A stretch of 32,116 nt of DNA, from the IMG/VR virus record IMGVR_UViG_3300012346_000150, positions 1 to 32,116 of that record; one strand, given 5' to 3'. Positions 24,370 to 32,116 of this stretch are shown piece by piece. Source of the DNA: a virus (Duplodnaviria; Caudoviricetes). A model generated the notes under the pieces. That model was not told the origin of the DNA. It made no database searches and was given only the letters and a program-made list of their open reading frames with translations. Within the stretch, counting starts at the first letter, position 1. Every line of letters begins with the position of its first letter. The translations under genes and the position numbers were made by a program.

Positions 24370-26318
24370 CGTGTTGTGTTTTCTATAATTACATTACGCT
24401 TCCATTCGTGTCTGCAATATGGAGTTGTCTTTCCTGTGTCTGGGTTTGTGTACCACCCTCCACAAAGTTGAAACACCGAATATCCAAGCTGACTACTTAT
24501 GTTTTGTATTTCCTCTCTTGTATAAAATAAACTATCACCTCCGTTATATAACTTAACACACAAAGGTCTGCTTCCACTTTTTGCCGCTGGTACATTAGGT
24601 CTTTGCTCGTATGAATACATAACCTTAAAAGAAGTAATTGGAGTTAATTTTTTTATCGCATTAGTTCCTATTGAAGTAATACTTCTTGTAGCACTTCCAT
24701 CACGATTAACCTTTTCAACAATAACCGCATCGTCTATTAACTTGCCGATTGTTTCAATAACTATCGCCTCTGTAACATTAGCAACCTTTGCAATTTCAAT
24801 ATTAGTTGCTTTTGGTTTGTCTTTAATTACTTCTAATACACTTTTTTGAATATTATTCAAATTGTATTCAGCAAAACTTTCGAATCTATTAAACTCCTCC
24901 TCACTTGAAAAAGTAAGCCTGTCTGATTGTAAAATCTTATAACCGCTTCTTGGAGTTCCTTTGCCTTCAAATAAAGCAAGGTACTTTTCGTCGTCGTGTT
25001 GTGCTGAACACTCAACCGACATTGTTGTAGTCTGGGTATTTAATCCAACTAATGCTCTTAATTCTTCGCTTGTCATATTCTCTAATACCTTCTGCGCAAT
25101 AGCTGGACTTAAACCATTCAATGCGTTTATCATATCTTCAGAAGCAACTTGCTCAACAGGTGCTAACCCTAATTTCTCACGGATTTCATCTTTCGACATA
25201 TTTGCCGTAATAACTGCTTCGCTAAATTCAAATCCGATTGGTTCACTCTTTCGTAATTCCAATTCAGCAGTAACACCATTGAACTTATATAAATAGTTAA
25301 TGATGCTCTCAATAGCCTTCTGCTTAGCGTTGATATATGTATTTTGAAATAACTCACTTGCTTCTCTTAATTCTGCCCTTCCGCCTAATTGCCCTTCAGT
25401 TTTAATACCGAAAAGCATAGGACTTGTAACTTTATGTCCTGTAAATACCTCTTGTTGTACTGTTTTATTTAAAAGGTCAAAATGCTTGTCAAGTTCAGTA
25501 CCGCTTAAATCGATAATAGAAGGCGCATTTTCGCCACTATCATTGAAACTAAGCATAAACTTACCAGCGTTCTTTGAACCGCTAAATTTGTCTTTAAATT
25601 GCTGCTCTATCGCTTCCTGCTCCTCGTCGCTTACCTTTCCGTTATTTAGGTTGATTAATTTAGAACTAAACATTCCGTTATTGATTGTATTAAGGTGGTA
25701 TTCCGAAATACTTATATCAAGTTCCACATAATTAATTGCACCTCTATAATCTGGAAGCGAATATATATTCTCACCTGCTCTATATTCTTTGAAATACAAA
25801 ATCTGGGTTCCAGACCTGTTTGCTGGGTCAAACGCTGGGTAAGTTTCGTATTTAGGCTTTGCGTTCACATAGTCGCCCTTAATCCAATCATTTCCAACAT
25901 AGAAAAAACTATTATCAAGATTGGTTCTAACCTTGTAGTAGTCGATATGATAAATTTCTGCAATATTGGTTTTATCCTTGCTCCAAATAATTTGTAAATA
26001 GTACCCACCAAAGATTGATAAATCTGTACTAATTTTCTTTGTGATTTCCTCAAGGCTTTCTCCATACTTATTAACCTTATCCATTAAACTATAAGCCTTA
26101 GCCTTAGCAATTTCATCTTCTGAACGAACCTCCCAACCATTGCCACAAATATAATCCACCTTCCCTGTAATAATTGCGTTGTTCTTTGCAGAATTATTAT
26201 AAAGCCTCAATAGGTAATTAGGATAATCGTTCTTCTCTCCATAATAAATATAGTCTTTCCCTTTTACTTCTTTGTAAATAGGTAAAGGAACTTGGTCAAA
26301 TTTTAAAAATTTTATCAT
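24366..26318 (-). CDS. Portal protein with C-terminal extension
   Basis: YGEKNDYP.YL..LY.NS..NNAII.GK, YSLPDY, FSGSKNAGKF, GH.VTSPMLFGIK, and EIRE.LGL, followed by about 270 extra aa. Confidence 0.88.
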   Translation of the reverse strand: MIKFLKFDQVPLPIYKEVKGKDYIYYGEKNDYPNYLLRLYNNSAKNNAIITGKVDYICGNGWEVRSEDEIAKAKAYSLMDKVNKYGESLEEITKKISTDLSIFGGYYLQIIWSKDKTNIAEIYHIDYYKVRTNLDNSFFYVGNDWIKGDYVNAKPKYETYPAFDPANRSGTQILYFKEYRAGENIYSLPDYRGAINYVELDISISEYHLNTINNGMFSSKLINLNNGKVSDEEQEAIEQQFKDKFSGSKNAGKFMLSFNDSGENAPSIIDLSGTELDKHFDLLNKTVQQEVFTGHKVTSPMLFGIKTEGQLGGRAELREASELFQNTYINAKQKAIESIINYLYKFNGVTAELELRKSEPIGFEFSEAVITANMSKDEIREKLGLAPVEQVASEDMINALNGLSPAIAQKVLENMTSEELRALVGLNTQTTTMSVECSAQHDDEKYLALFEGKGTPRSGYKILQSDRLTFSSEEEFNRFESFAEYNLNNIQKSVLEVIKDKPKATNIEIAKVANVTEAIVIETIGKLIDDAVIVEKVNRDGSATRSITSIGTNAIKKLTPITSFKVMYSYEQRPNVPAAKSGSRPLCVKLYNGGDSLFYTREEIQNISSQLGYSVFQLCGGWYTNPDTGKTTPYCRHEWKRNVIIENTTR

Positions 26319-26662
26319 AATGTGTATGCTTTAAATGAACCATCGTAGCCTTCGTATCTGGTTATATCCGCTCCTGTGGTTACTAATTCGGCTTTCCCTG
26401 TTGCTATTATAGTGTCTCCACTACCTGTTTGAGTAACATAATATCGCCAAAAACCAACCTGTGCGTCTTCAAACAATTCTAAAGGAACTTCAAATTCACT
26501 ATATCTGTCTGGGTGTAGACTTTCGTCTGTTCCCTGTAATTCTATTTCATCGGAAGTAACTTCATTAACGAACTTAAAATTGTAAATATTGCTATTTGTC
26601 AATCTTTTATCCCTCAAAGATATATAAATAAAGTTTATTTCGCCTTTTGTTAGCCGTATCAT
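26315..26662 (-). CDS. Hypothetical structural-module protein
   Basis: Beta-rich 115-aa ORF upstream of the portal. Confidence 0.6.
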   Translation of the reverse strand: MIRLTKGEINFIYISLRDKRLTNSNIYNFKFVNEVTSDEIELQGTDESLHPDRYSEFEVPLELFEDAQVGFWRYYVTQTGSGDTIIATGKAELVTTGADITRYEGYDGSFKAYTL

Positions 26663-26693
26663 AATATTAAATATAAATTACAAGCCTTTGTTT

Positions 26694-26723
26694 AAAAAAA
26701 ATACCCCACCAAAAGGCAGGGTA
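26694..26723 (-). terminator. Rho-independent terminator after the tail tube gene
   Basis: Minus strand TACCCTGCC-TTTT-GGTGGGGTA followed by a T-run. Confidence 0.75.
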
Positions 26724-26752
26724 CTTCTAAACCATATCAAACAAACCAAATC

Positions 26753-27256
26753 CTAAGAAACAGGGATTGTAGCAGTAACAGAGTAAGCTAATTGCTTTTC
26801 GTTACCTGTTAAAGTGATTGTGTAGCCGTTTCTATCACCGAATGCAGTTCCAGATGCAGAACCACCGCCTGTAATATCCAAGCCATTTTCTTTTCCTAAT
26901 AACCAGCTATTGCCGTTGTTATCCTTTACGATAGCAACTAAACGATTTTTAGCCAATAACAAGATTTCGTTTCTTGTATTAACCTGTAGTTTGTTTAAAA
27001 TTATTTCTAAAGTAGTTGCATAAAATACAGTACCATTCTGTACGTTTGTATTGATTGCTTCTGCAAAATTTGAACTTTCTTTAATCAAGTCATATTTCCA
27101 GAAGTGCTTACCAGAATCCATAGTGATTGCTGAAATTACTCCAGCAGTTTCAGTATATGTATCAATGTCTTCCAATGCAACTAAATAAACTTCCTTTAAA
27201 CCCCCTACGGAGTCCTTGCAATCAAGGGTGTAATTTTGTGTTAATGCGCACGCCAT
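26753..27256 (-). CDS. Major tail (tube) protein
   Basis: MAC.LT....LDCKDSVGG.K, NGTVFY, G.SGTAFGDRNGY.ITL.G.E; follows the capsid gene. Confidence 0.75.
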   Translation of the reverse strand: MACALTQNYTLDCKDSVGGLKEVYLVALEDIDTYTETAGVISAITMDSGKHFWKYDLIKESSNFAEAINTNVQNGTVFYATTLEIILNKLQVNTRNEILLLAKNRLVAIVKDNNGNSWLLGKENGLDITGGGSASGTAFGDRNGYTITLTGNEKQLAYSVTATIPVS

Positions 27257-27276
27257 TTTTTAAATTTTATTTAGTT

Positions 27277-27303
27277 AAAAAAGAGGGGATATTTCACCCC
27301 TCT
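27277..27303 (-). terminator. Rho-independent terminator after the major capsid gene
   Basis: Minus strand AGAGGGG-TGAAATAT-CCCCTCT-TTTTT. Confidence 0.85.
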
Positions 27304-27310
27304 ATATTAT

Positions 27311-28264
27311 TTATGCAGATGCTTTCTTCCAGAATACAACCTCGTCTGTGAACGCTACATTCACACCCAATTTGAATTCTACATCGAATCTCATTTCTTT
27401 TGCTTCTTTAGCATAGAACAATTCGAATCTATCTTGCTCGTTCAAACCATCTGTACCTAACCACATATTCTGCATATGAGTAGCGAACATATAATCAGTT
27501 CCGTTTAATCCGTTCACACCGATTAACTTCACGTTTGTTCCTGGTACTACTAATTCCATATCTGCAGCGTTTACTGGGTAGTGGAAGTAGTTAGCATTTC
27601 TTAAAGCGATGACATACTCACGGAAAGTATCATTACCACAGAAGATAACCACATCAGCCTTATCTAATAAAGCAGCAGGGATTGCAGCGAAAACTTCATC
27701 AACTGCTTGAATAACATTTGACTTAGTTAAAGTTGTCAAATCACTTGTGTTACCTTTGATTGGGTCACCAGCACCACCAAAACCTAATGCGTTAATGATA
27801 GTTGCATAACCATCGAATTTATTTAATTGACCATCAGTTGAAGTTTTATCACCTTGCCAAATAGCAGTTTCTAAAGCCGCACCGATACGCTCAATTTTTT
27901 GAGAAGTGTACTCAGTTGCGTAAGCCATATAATCGTATTCAGAACCAACTCTTAAAGCCTTTTGAGTGTATTTAGCCTCAAATGCTCTTGGACAGATTGC
28001 TTCTTGAACCGCAATTTTACCTACTGTGATTGTTCTTTGTGTGATAGTTGTAGTACCGCTTGAAGTGAATCCACATCCTGCACCTGATTGGAATACCGCA
28101 TCAGTTGTCATTGCGTTGATTGTTTCTGCAGACTTTACACCCACTTGAACATTACCTTTTGCTTCTACTAAAGAAGCTGTTTTTGCTTTGAAAATCGCAG
28201 CAGACGCTAATTGTTGCTCGTTTTCTTTAACATAGTTTGTTAATGCTGATAAATCTAATGCCAT
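27311..28264 (-). CDS. Major capsid protein
   Basis: 317 aa after the protease and scaffold; G.TT.TQR.I.V, E.ICP, IWQGD, FDG; followed by a terminator. Confidence 0.85.
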   Translation of the reverse strand: MALDLSALTNYVKENEQQLASAAIFKAKTASLVEAKGNVQVGVKSAETINAMTTDAVFQSGAGCGFTSSGTTTITQRTITVGKIAVQEAICPRAFEAKYTQKALRVGSEYDYMAYATEYTSQKIERIGAALETAIWQGDKTSTDGQLNKFDGYATIINALGFGGAGDPIKGNTSDLTTLTKSNVIQAVDEVFAAIPAALLDKADVVIFCGNDTFREYVIALRNANYFHYPVNAADMELVVPGTNVKLIGVNGLNGTDYMFATHMQNMWLGTDGLNEQDRFELFYAKEAKEMRFDVEFKLGVNVAFTDEVVFWKKASA

Positions 28265-28265
28265 C

Positions 28266-28871
28266 TTATTTTGTTTTTAAATTTTGAAACGCTTTTTGTA
28301 ATTTATTAAATCTTTCTTCTTTCTCGTCTTTTAATTCCTTAGAGAAAGTATTAGGTTTTTGAATTGCCTTATCAGAAGGGTCTTTTGCAATAGCTTCGAT
28401 AACTTCAGTTGAAAGTTTAACCGCTTCACTCATCTTCTCGCTTTTAGCAGTCATTTCTTCTAACTTCTTGCTCATTTCAGCTACTTTTTCCTCTAATGCA
28501 GAGTACTTTTCTTCCATTGCTGACATCTTTTCTTCAATCTTTGGTTGCATATCTTCGATAACCACTTCTTCTTTAGCAGCTTCTACTTCGATTTCTACCT
28601 TAGATTCTTCAACTTCTTTCTTTTTGATTTCTGCAATCTTACCTTCTTCTGTAACCAATACAATATCACCGCTTTCTAATTCGTGTTCGCCAACAGGTGC
28701 TGGAACATCTGCACCATCTGCGCCTACTACGAAGATATCCATAGTTTCTAAATCGTATTTAACGATTGTTCCGTCTACTAATTTGCCTTCTACTAACGCA
28801 AATTTTTGCTCTTGTTTATCTTCTCCGAATAACAAGGTCTTAATTTTAGTAATTGCTTCTGTGTTTGTCAT
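28266..28871 (-). CDS. Capsid scaffolding protein
   Basis: Glu/Lys-rich coiled coil with an N-terminal L.DGT...PAPVGEHELESG domain. Confidence 0.75.
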   Translation of the reverse strand: MTNTEAITKIKTLLFGEDKQEQKFALVEGKLVDGTIVKYDLETMDIFVVGADGADVPAPVGEHELESGDIVLVTEEGKIAEIKKKEVEESKVEIEVEAAKEEVVIEDMQPKIEEKMSAMEEKYSALEEKVAEMSKKLEEMTAKSEKMSEAVKLSTEVIEAIAKDPSDKAIQKPNTFSKELKDEKEERFNKLQKAFQNLKTK

Positions 28872-28893
28872 ACTTGTAAATATTAATTAATGT

Positions 28894-29784
28894 TTATTGT
28901 TCAATTTGCTCTAAAATTTCAATGATTTTATTCATTGTTTGCTGGTCTTTATCGGGTACTAATTCGTATTTAAACATACCTTCAATGCTAAAGCCTTTGA
29001 ATGTTCCGTCTTTAACTTCTTCCCATATCTTTTCATTATCTACCTTAAAACTACCCCACCAACTTCCGTCTGGAAGGTCTTCGTAACCCTTTGGAGGGTC
29101 AATACCCTTTTCCCTATCTATAATGAAACTTTCAAACATATAAACTCCATCCACCTTAGTAGAATGTTCAAGGTTTACATTTGCTTGGTAACCATTCTTG
29201 AAGAATCGTTGTACTATTTTCTTTATCTCTGGAGCAGTAAACACAACATAGTATTCGCCTTGCTCGTCGTTTCTATAAATAGGAAGGTCAGCAATCATAA
29301 GCGGACCAGATACGATTCTTTGTTCTTCGTTCTGGATAGCAAAACTTAAACCAGCACTAAAATCTTCTTTATTCATTTTGCTTTCACACCATCTTAGCAT
29401 TGGTTCGCCACCCCAAAGTAAGTAACTGATAGTTCCACAAGCCTCTGTATCGTCTGGATTGTAATATGCTGCAGCACGGCTTAAATAAGAATAAGTTCTC
29501 TTAATTGTTTCCTTTGAAAGGTTTTCACCATCTATTAATTGTTGCGCCCTTACTTTACCAACCTGCGTTGCACATCTGTTGTTTACCGCTTCGTTTAGTT
29601 TAATTCCTCTTGCCGCGTTATCCTTTGCTGATTGTGGATAGTCGTTATAAGATTCTGCAAACTCCTCGTTAAAAGCTAAAAAGTTCCTTTGTATTGCTGG
29701 TGATTCTACAAGTGCTATATAGTCAACATCTTCGTTCTCATTCTCACCAATAGCCAACTTGTAAATCGGTAATTTTGTATTCAT
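28894..29784 (-). CDS. XkdF-like putative prohead protease with inserted domain
   Basis: IALVESPAI..F, RIVSGP.MIAD.PIYR, NLEH, GSWWGSFKV, GTFKGFSIEG. Confidence 0.82.
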   Translation of the reverse strand: MNTKLPIYKLAIGENENEDVDYIALVESPAIQRNFLAFNEEFAESYNDYPQSAKDNAARGIKLNEAVNNRCATQVGKVRAQQLIDGENLSKETIKRTYSYLSRAAAYYNPDDTEACGTISYLLWGGEPMLRWCESKMNKEDFSAGLSFAIQNEEQRIVSGPLMIADLPIYRNDEQGEYYVVFTAPEIKKIVQRFFKNGYQANVNLEHSTKVDGVYMFESFIIDREKGIDPPKGYEDLPDGSWWGSFKVDNEKIWEEVKDGTFKGFSIEGMFKYELVPDKDQQTMNKIIEILEQIEQ

Positions 29785-29796
29785 ATATTGTAAATA

Positions 29797-31485
29797 TTAG
29801 AATCCTGCCCTGCGTTCAATATCGCTTACTCGTCTTTGTGTAGCCGTAACTTCAGACTCAACTACATAAGCGCGGATAGGTTTTTGATTCTGATTTCCTA
29901 ATGTAGCAATAGCAGTTACAGGACTATTTCCTAATGTAGGTACCGCTGGTGCAACTGATGGTGCTTGTGTTATTGAAGGCGCACTAACTGCTCCTCCGCT
30001 ACTACCACCTCCAGGCACTTGACTTAAAATACTTTTAGCCTTGCCAACCGCTCCTAATACTGCCGCAATCTGTGTTGCATAAAATATAGGAAAAGCAAAT
30101 GGAGCCGCAGGACCCGTTGCCTTTGCTCCTTCCTGTGCAATAGTTAAACCACTTGCAAAACCACGACCTGTGTCTATAACAATCTGTGCTAATGCAGCCG
30201 CCTTTGCAACTTTTGTTCCTTGACCAGCTAATTGTCCTATAAGATTCAAACCTTCTCTAACAATATTCCACTTAGCCATTTCAAAAGTTTCTTGTGCCGC
30301 TTTTAATTGGTCTTTTGCTTTTTGGTCGTCGTCTATTTCTTTTTGAATAGCAGCTGCAGTCATTGCACCTCTTGCCGCTAATCCTAATCCCAATACTCTG
30401 GTAGCAAGGTCTTCTTTTTTCTTTTCTTCGTCTTCCTTTTGTAAAAGTTCTTCACCTAAGATTTGCTCTTGTGTGATAATACGCTCTTTTCTTAACTTAT
30501 CTCTAAGGGTTTTATTGATTTCGTATTGAGCCATTATCATATCATATTCCTTCTTGATTAAGGCTTCTAATGCTTCAACACGCTCTGCAATAAGTTTTTC
30601 GTTTTCAGTCTTTCTTCTTTTTGCTTCTTCAGCATCAATAATTGCTAATTGATTCTTAGCTTCCTTGTACTTTTTAGCTTCTTCTCCATATAATTTGCCC
30701 TTTTCACCAGCACTTTTGGTCAATTCTTCTAAATCGTTCTTAGCTATTTGTTTTCTTTTTTCAGCTATTTCGCTTTCTTTACCGCCCTGTGCCGTTAAAA
30801 GTGCAATATCCCTTTCTAATTGTTCGTTTCTAAGTTTATTATTCTTCTTAAAACTTTCTAACGCTCTGTCATTTGCGTTAGTTATACCCAATAAATCAGT
30901 AAATCCTTGTACTAAACCGCCTATATAATTACCAAATTGAGCAAGTCCAGGAAATAAGTTATTAATTGTTTCCTTTACCTTCTCAAAATTAGCTATCAAT
31001 AAACCTACACCTGCAACTAAAGCACCTATCCCTGTTGAGATAAGTGCTTTTTTGAAGGTAGACATCCCAGCCGTTAAGCCTCCGAATGTTAATTTAAGTT
31101 GCTCACCGACCTTCCCAATATCCTTTAATTGAGATAAGCCTTGTGAAAGAGCCATTGCTCCCTGTACTTTTTGTAATGTTTTGGCTACATTTTCGCTTTC
31201 AGTACCGAATAAAGCCATTGCGCCTTGTACCGCTGATATACCTCCTGCAGCCATTGATGCTGCATTGGTTAATGCTTGGAACCTACTTCCTGGGTCAAAT
31301 AATTGTGCCGCTTCATTTGCCCCCTGCATTGCATCTTTAATAGCCGCTACCTTTTTTGCGGCTTGAACTGCTTCTGCGCTGGTTTCACCAAATTTTTGTC
31401 GGAATAATTGTAAGTCCTTCGTAGCATCTTTAAGTTGTTGCTTAAGAGGTTTTACATCAATATCGAGTACAAGTGATTCGCTCAT
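29797..31485 (-). CDS. Tape-measure-like protein
   Basis: 562 aa, Ala/Gly-rich helical with coiled coil and hydrophobic stretches; C-terminal RAYVVESEVT..Q. Confidence 0.75.
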   Translation of the reverse strand: MSESLVLDIDVKPLKQQLKDATKDLQLFRQKFGETSAEAVQAAKKVAAIKDAMQGANEAAQLFDPGSRFQALTNAASMAAGGISAVQGAMALFGTESENVAKTLQKVQGAMALSQGLSQLKDIGKVGEQLKLTFGGLTAGMSTFKKALISTGIGALVAGVGLLIANFEKVKETINNLFPGLAQFGNYIGGLVQGFTDLLGITNANDRALESFKKNNKLRNEQLERDIALLTAQGGKESEIAEKRKQIAKNDLEELTKSAGEKGKLYGEEAKKYKEAKNQLAIIDAEEAKRRKTENEKLIAERVEALEALIKKEYDMIMAQYEINKTLRDKLRKERIITQEQILGEELLQKEDEEKKKEDLATRVLGLGLAARGAMTAAAIQKEIDDDQKAKDQLKAAQETFEMAKWNIVREGLNLIGQLAGQGTKVAKAAALAQIVIDTGRGFASGLTIAQEGAKATGPAAPFAFPIFYATQIAAVLGAVGKAKSILSQVPGGGSSGGAVSAPSITQAPSVAPAVPTLGNSPVTAIATLGNQNQKPIRAYVVESEVTATQRRVSDIERRAGF

Positions 31486-31871
31486 TATAATTCTTCTTCT
31501 TCTTCGTGTTTAAATTCAACACCTGTTAATAAATCCTCTAAGAAAGTAAATGTTTCTAAGCCTTGTGGGTTTACTACATTGATTTTCTCAAAGGTGATTT
31601 CCTTTTCTCCTAAGTCTTTGATTTGTTTTGTTAGCTTGGTAATTCCTTCTTTGCTAAACTTGTAGTTACCTTTCTCGTCTAAAATTAAAATACCTTTTTC
31701 ATCAACTGAAGCGTTATCAAGTCTAAGCACTTCTACCTCGTCTTGATATTCTGTTAATACAGGTTTTAATTTTTGGAAGATTTTAAATAACTTCTTTTGT
31801 ACTTTGGTTTCTTGGTTCGCAATTACATTTTGAATTGTTACTACCGCTTGGTTTAATTGTTTGTAGTTCAT
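31485..31871 (-). CDS. Hypothetical protein (possibly a fibre-associated chaperone)
   Basis: Helical and acidic; lies downstream of the fibre-region genes in transcription order. Confidence 0.5.
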   Translation of the reverse strand: MNYKQLNQAVVTIQNVIANQETKVQKKLFKIFQKLKPVLTEYQDEVEVLRLDNASVDEKGILILDEKGNYKFSKEGITKLTKQIKDLGEKEITFEKINVVNPQGLETFTFLEDLLTGVEFKHEEEEEL

Positions 31872-31901
31872 ATTTGTTTGTTTTTGTAAATATATGATTT
31901 T

Positions 31902-32116
31902 TTATGGATTTTGAAATGGTAAAGGTAAAGTTACAATAGGTGGGTTGATTATATTCTCTATTTGTTGGTCTAAACCTAAATCAATAGCAGCAACATCTAA
32001 CCCTGCGTCAAGCCAAGAACATACTTGTTCATAGGTCAAATCTGGGTATGCAGTAAAGTCAGTTTCGCTTGGGGTTTGACAAGCCATTGTTCCGTAAACT
32101 GAAACAACGATAGGTT
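31902..32116 (-). CDS. Hypothetical protein, 3' part; type usually found after tail-fibre genes
   Basis: Frame is open to the right edge (PIVVSVYGTMACQTP...FTAYPDLTYEQVCSWL...INPPIVTLPLPF), so the true start lies outside the window. Confidence 0.65.
   Translation of the reverse strand, partial: PIVVSVYGTMACQTPSETDFTAYPDLTYEQVCSWLDAGLDVAAIDLGLDQQIENIINPPIVTLPLPFQNP

Noticed and set aside
25169-26065. Minus-strand alternative-frame ORFs inside the portal gene (25169..25357, 25865..26065)
   Set aside because: They are nested out of frame in a conserved gene, with no motifs or initiation signals.
960-31366. All plus-strand ORFs in the track (for example 960..1169, 4949..5281, 14219..14563, 22229..22699, 28468..28890)
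   Set aside because: They are antisense shadows lying within well-supported minus-strand genes and have no recognisable motifs.
1-32116. Alternative genetic code or terminal repeats
   Set aside because: Standard-code ORFs tile the strand densely with TAA, TAG and TGA all used as stops, and the two ends share no sequence.

Overview
AT-rich (~30% GC by eye) tailed-phage sequence with every credible gene on the minus strand. The host is probably Bacteroidota: starts have A-rich leaders without Shine-Dalgarno sites and there are TAnnTTTG-like promoters. The window looks like most of a siphovirus-like genome, cut inside the tail-fibre region at both edges. In transcription order (right to left) it holds: tape measure, XkdF-type prohead protease, scaffold, major capsid, tail tube, extended portal, connectors, lysis genes, metallophosphoesterase and GNAT; then an early region with ERF/YqaJ recombination genes, a repeat-bounded small-gene array, a DUF4373 initiator, DnaB, a nuclease and a sigma-like regulator; then HNH, a 7-deazaguanine DNA-modification cluster (ParB-like, DpdL-like, DpdA-like, YhhQ, QueD, QueE, FolE, no QueC), TerS, TerL, a frameshifting tail chaperone, tail proteins and fibre. 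Top leads: (1) a QueC-less deazaguanine pathway predicted to put 7-deazaguanine (dDG) into DNA, sitting directly before the terminase and carrying a precursor transporter; (2) apparent genome-wide avoidance of GATC and CATG; (3) a holin-like/u-spanin fusion; (4) a gene-cassette array bounded by a 26-bp repeat; (5) an ATATTTA-N5-6-ATG motif before late genes. All calls come from reading motifs by eye; no database searches were run.
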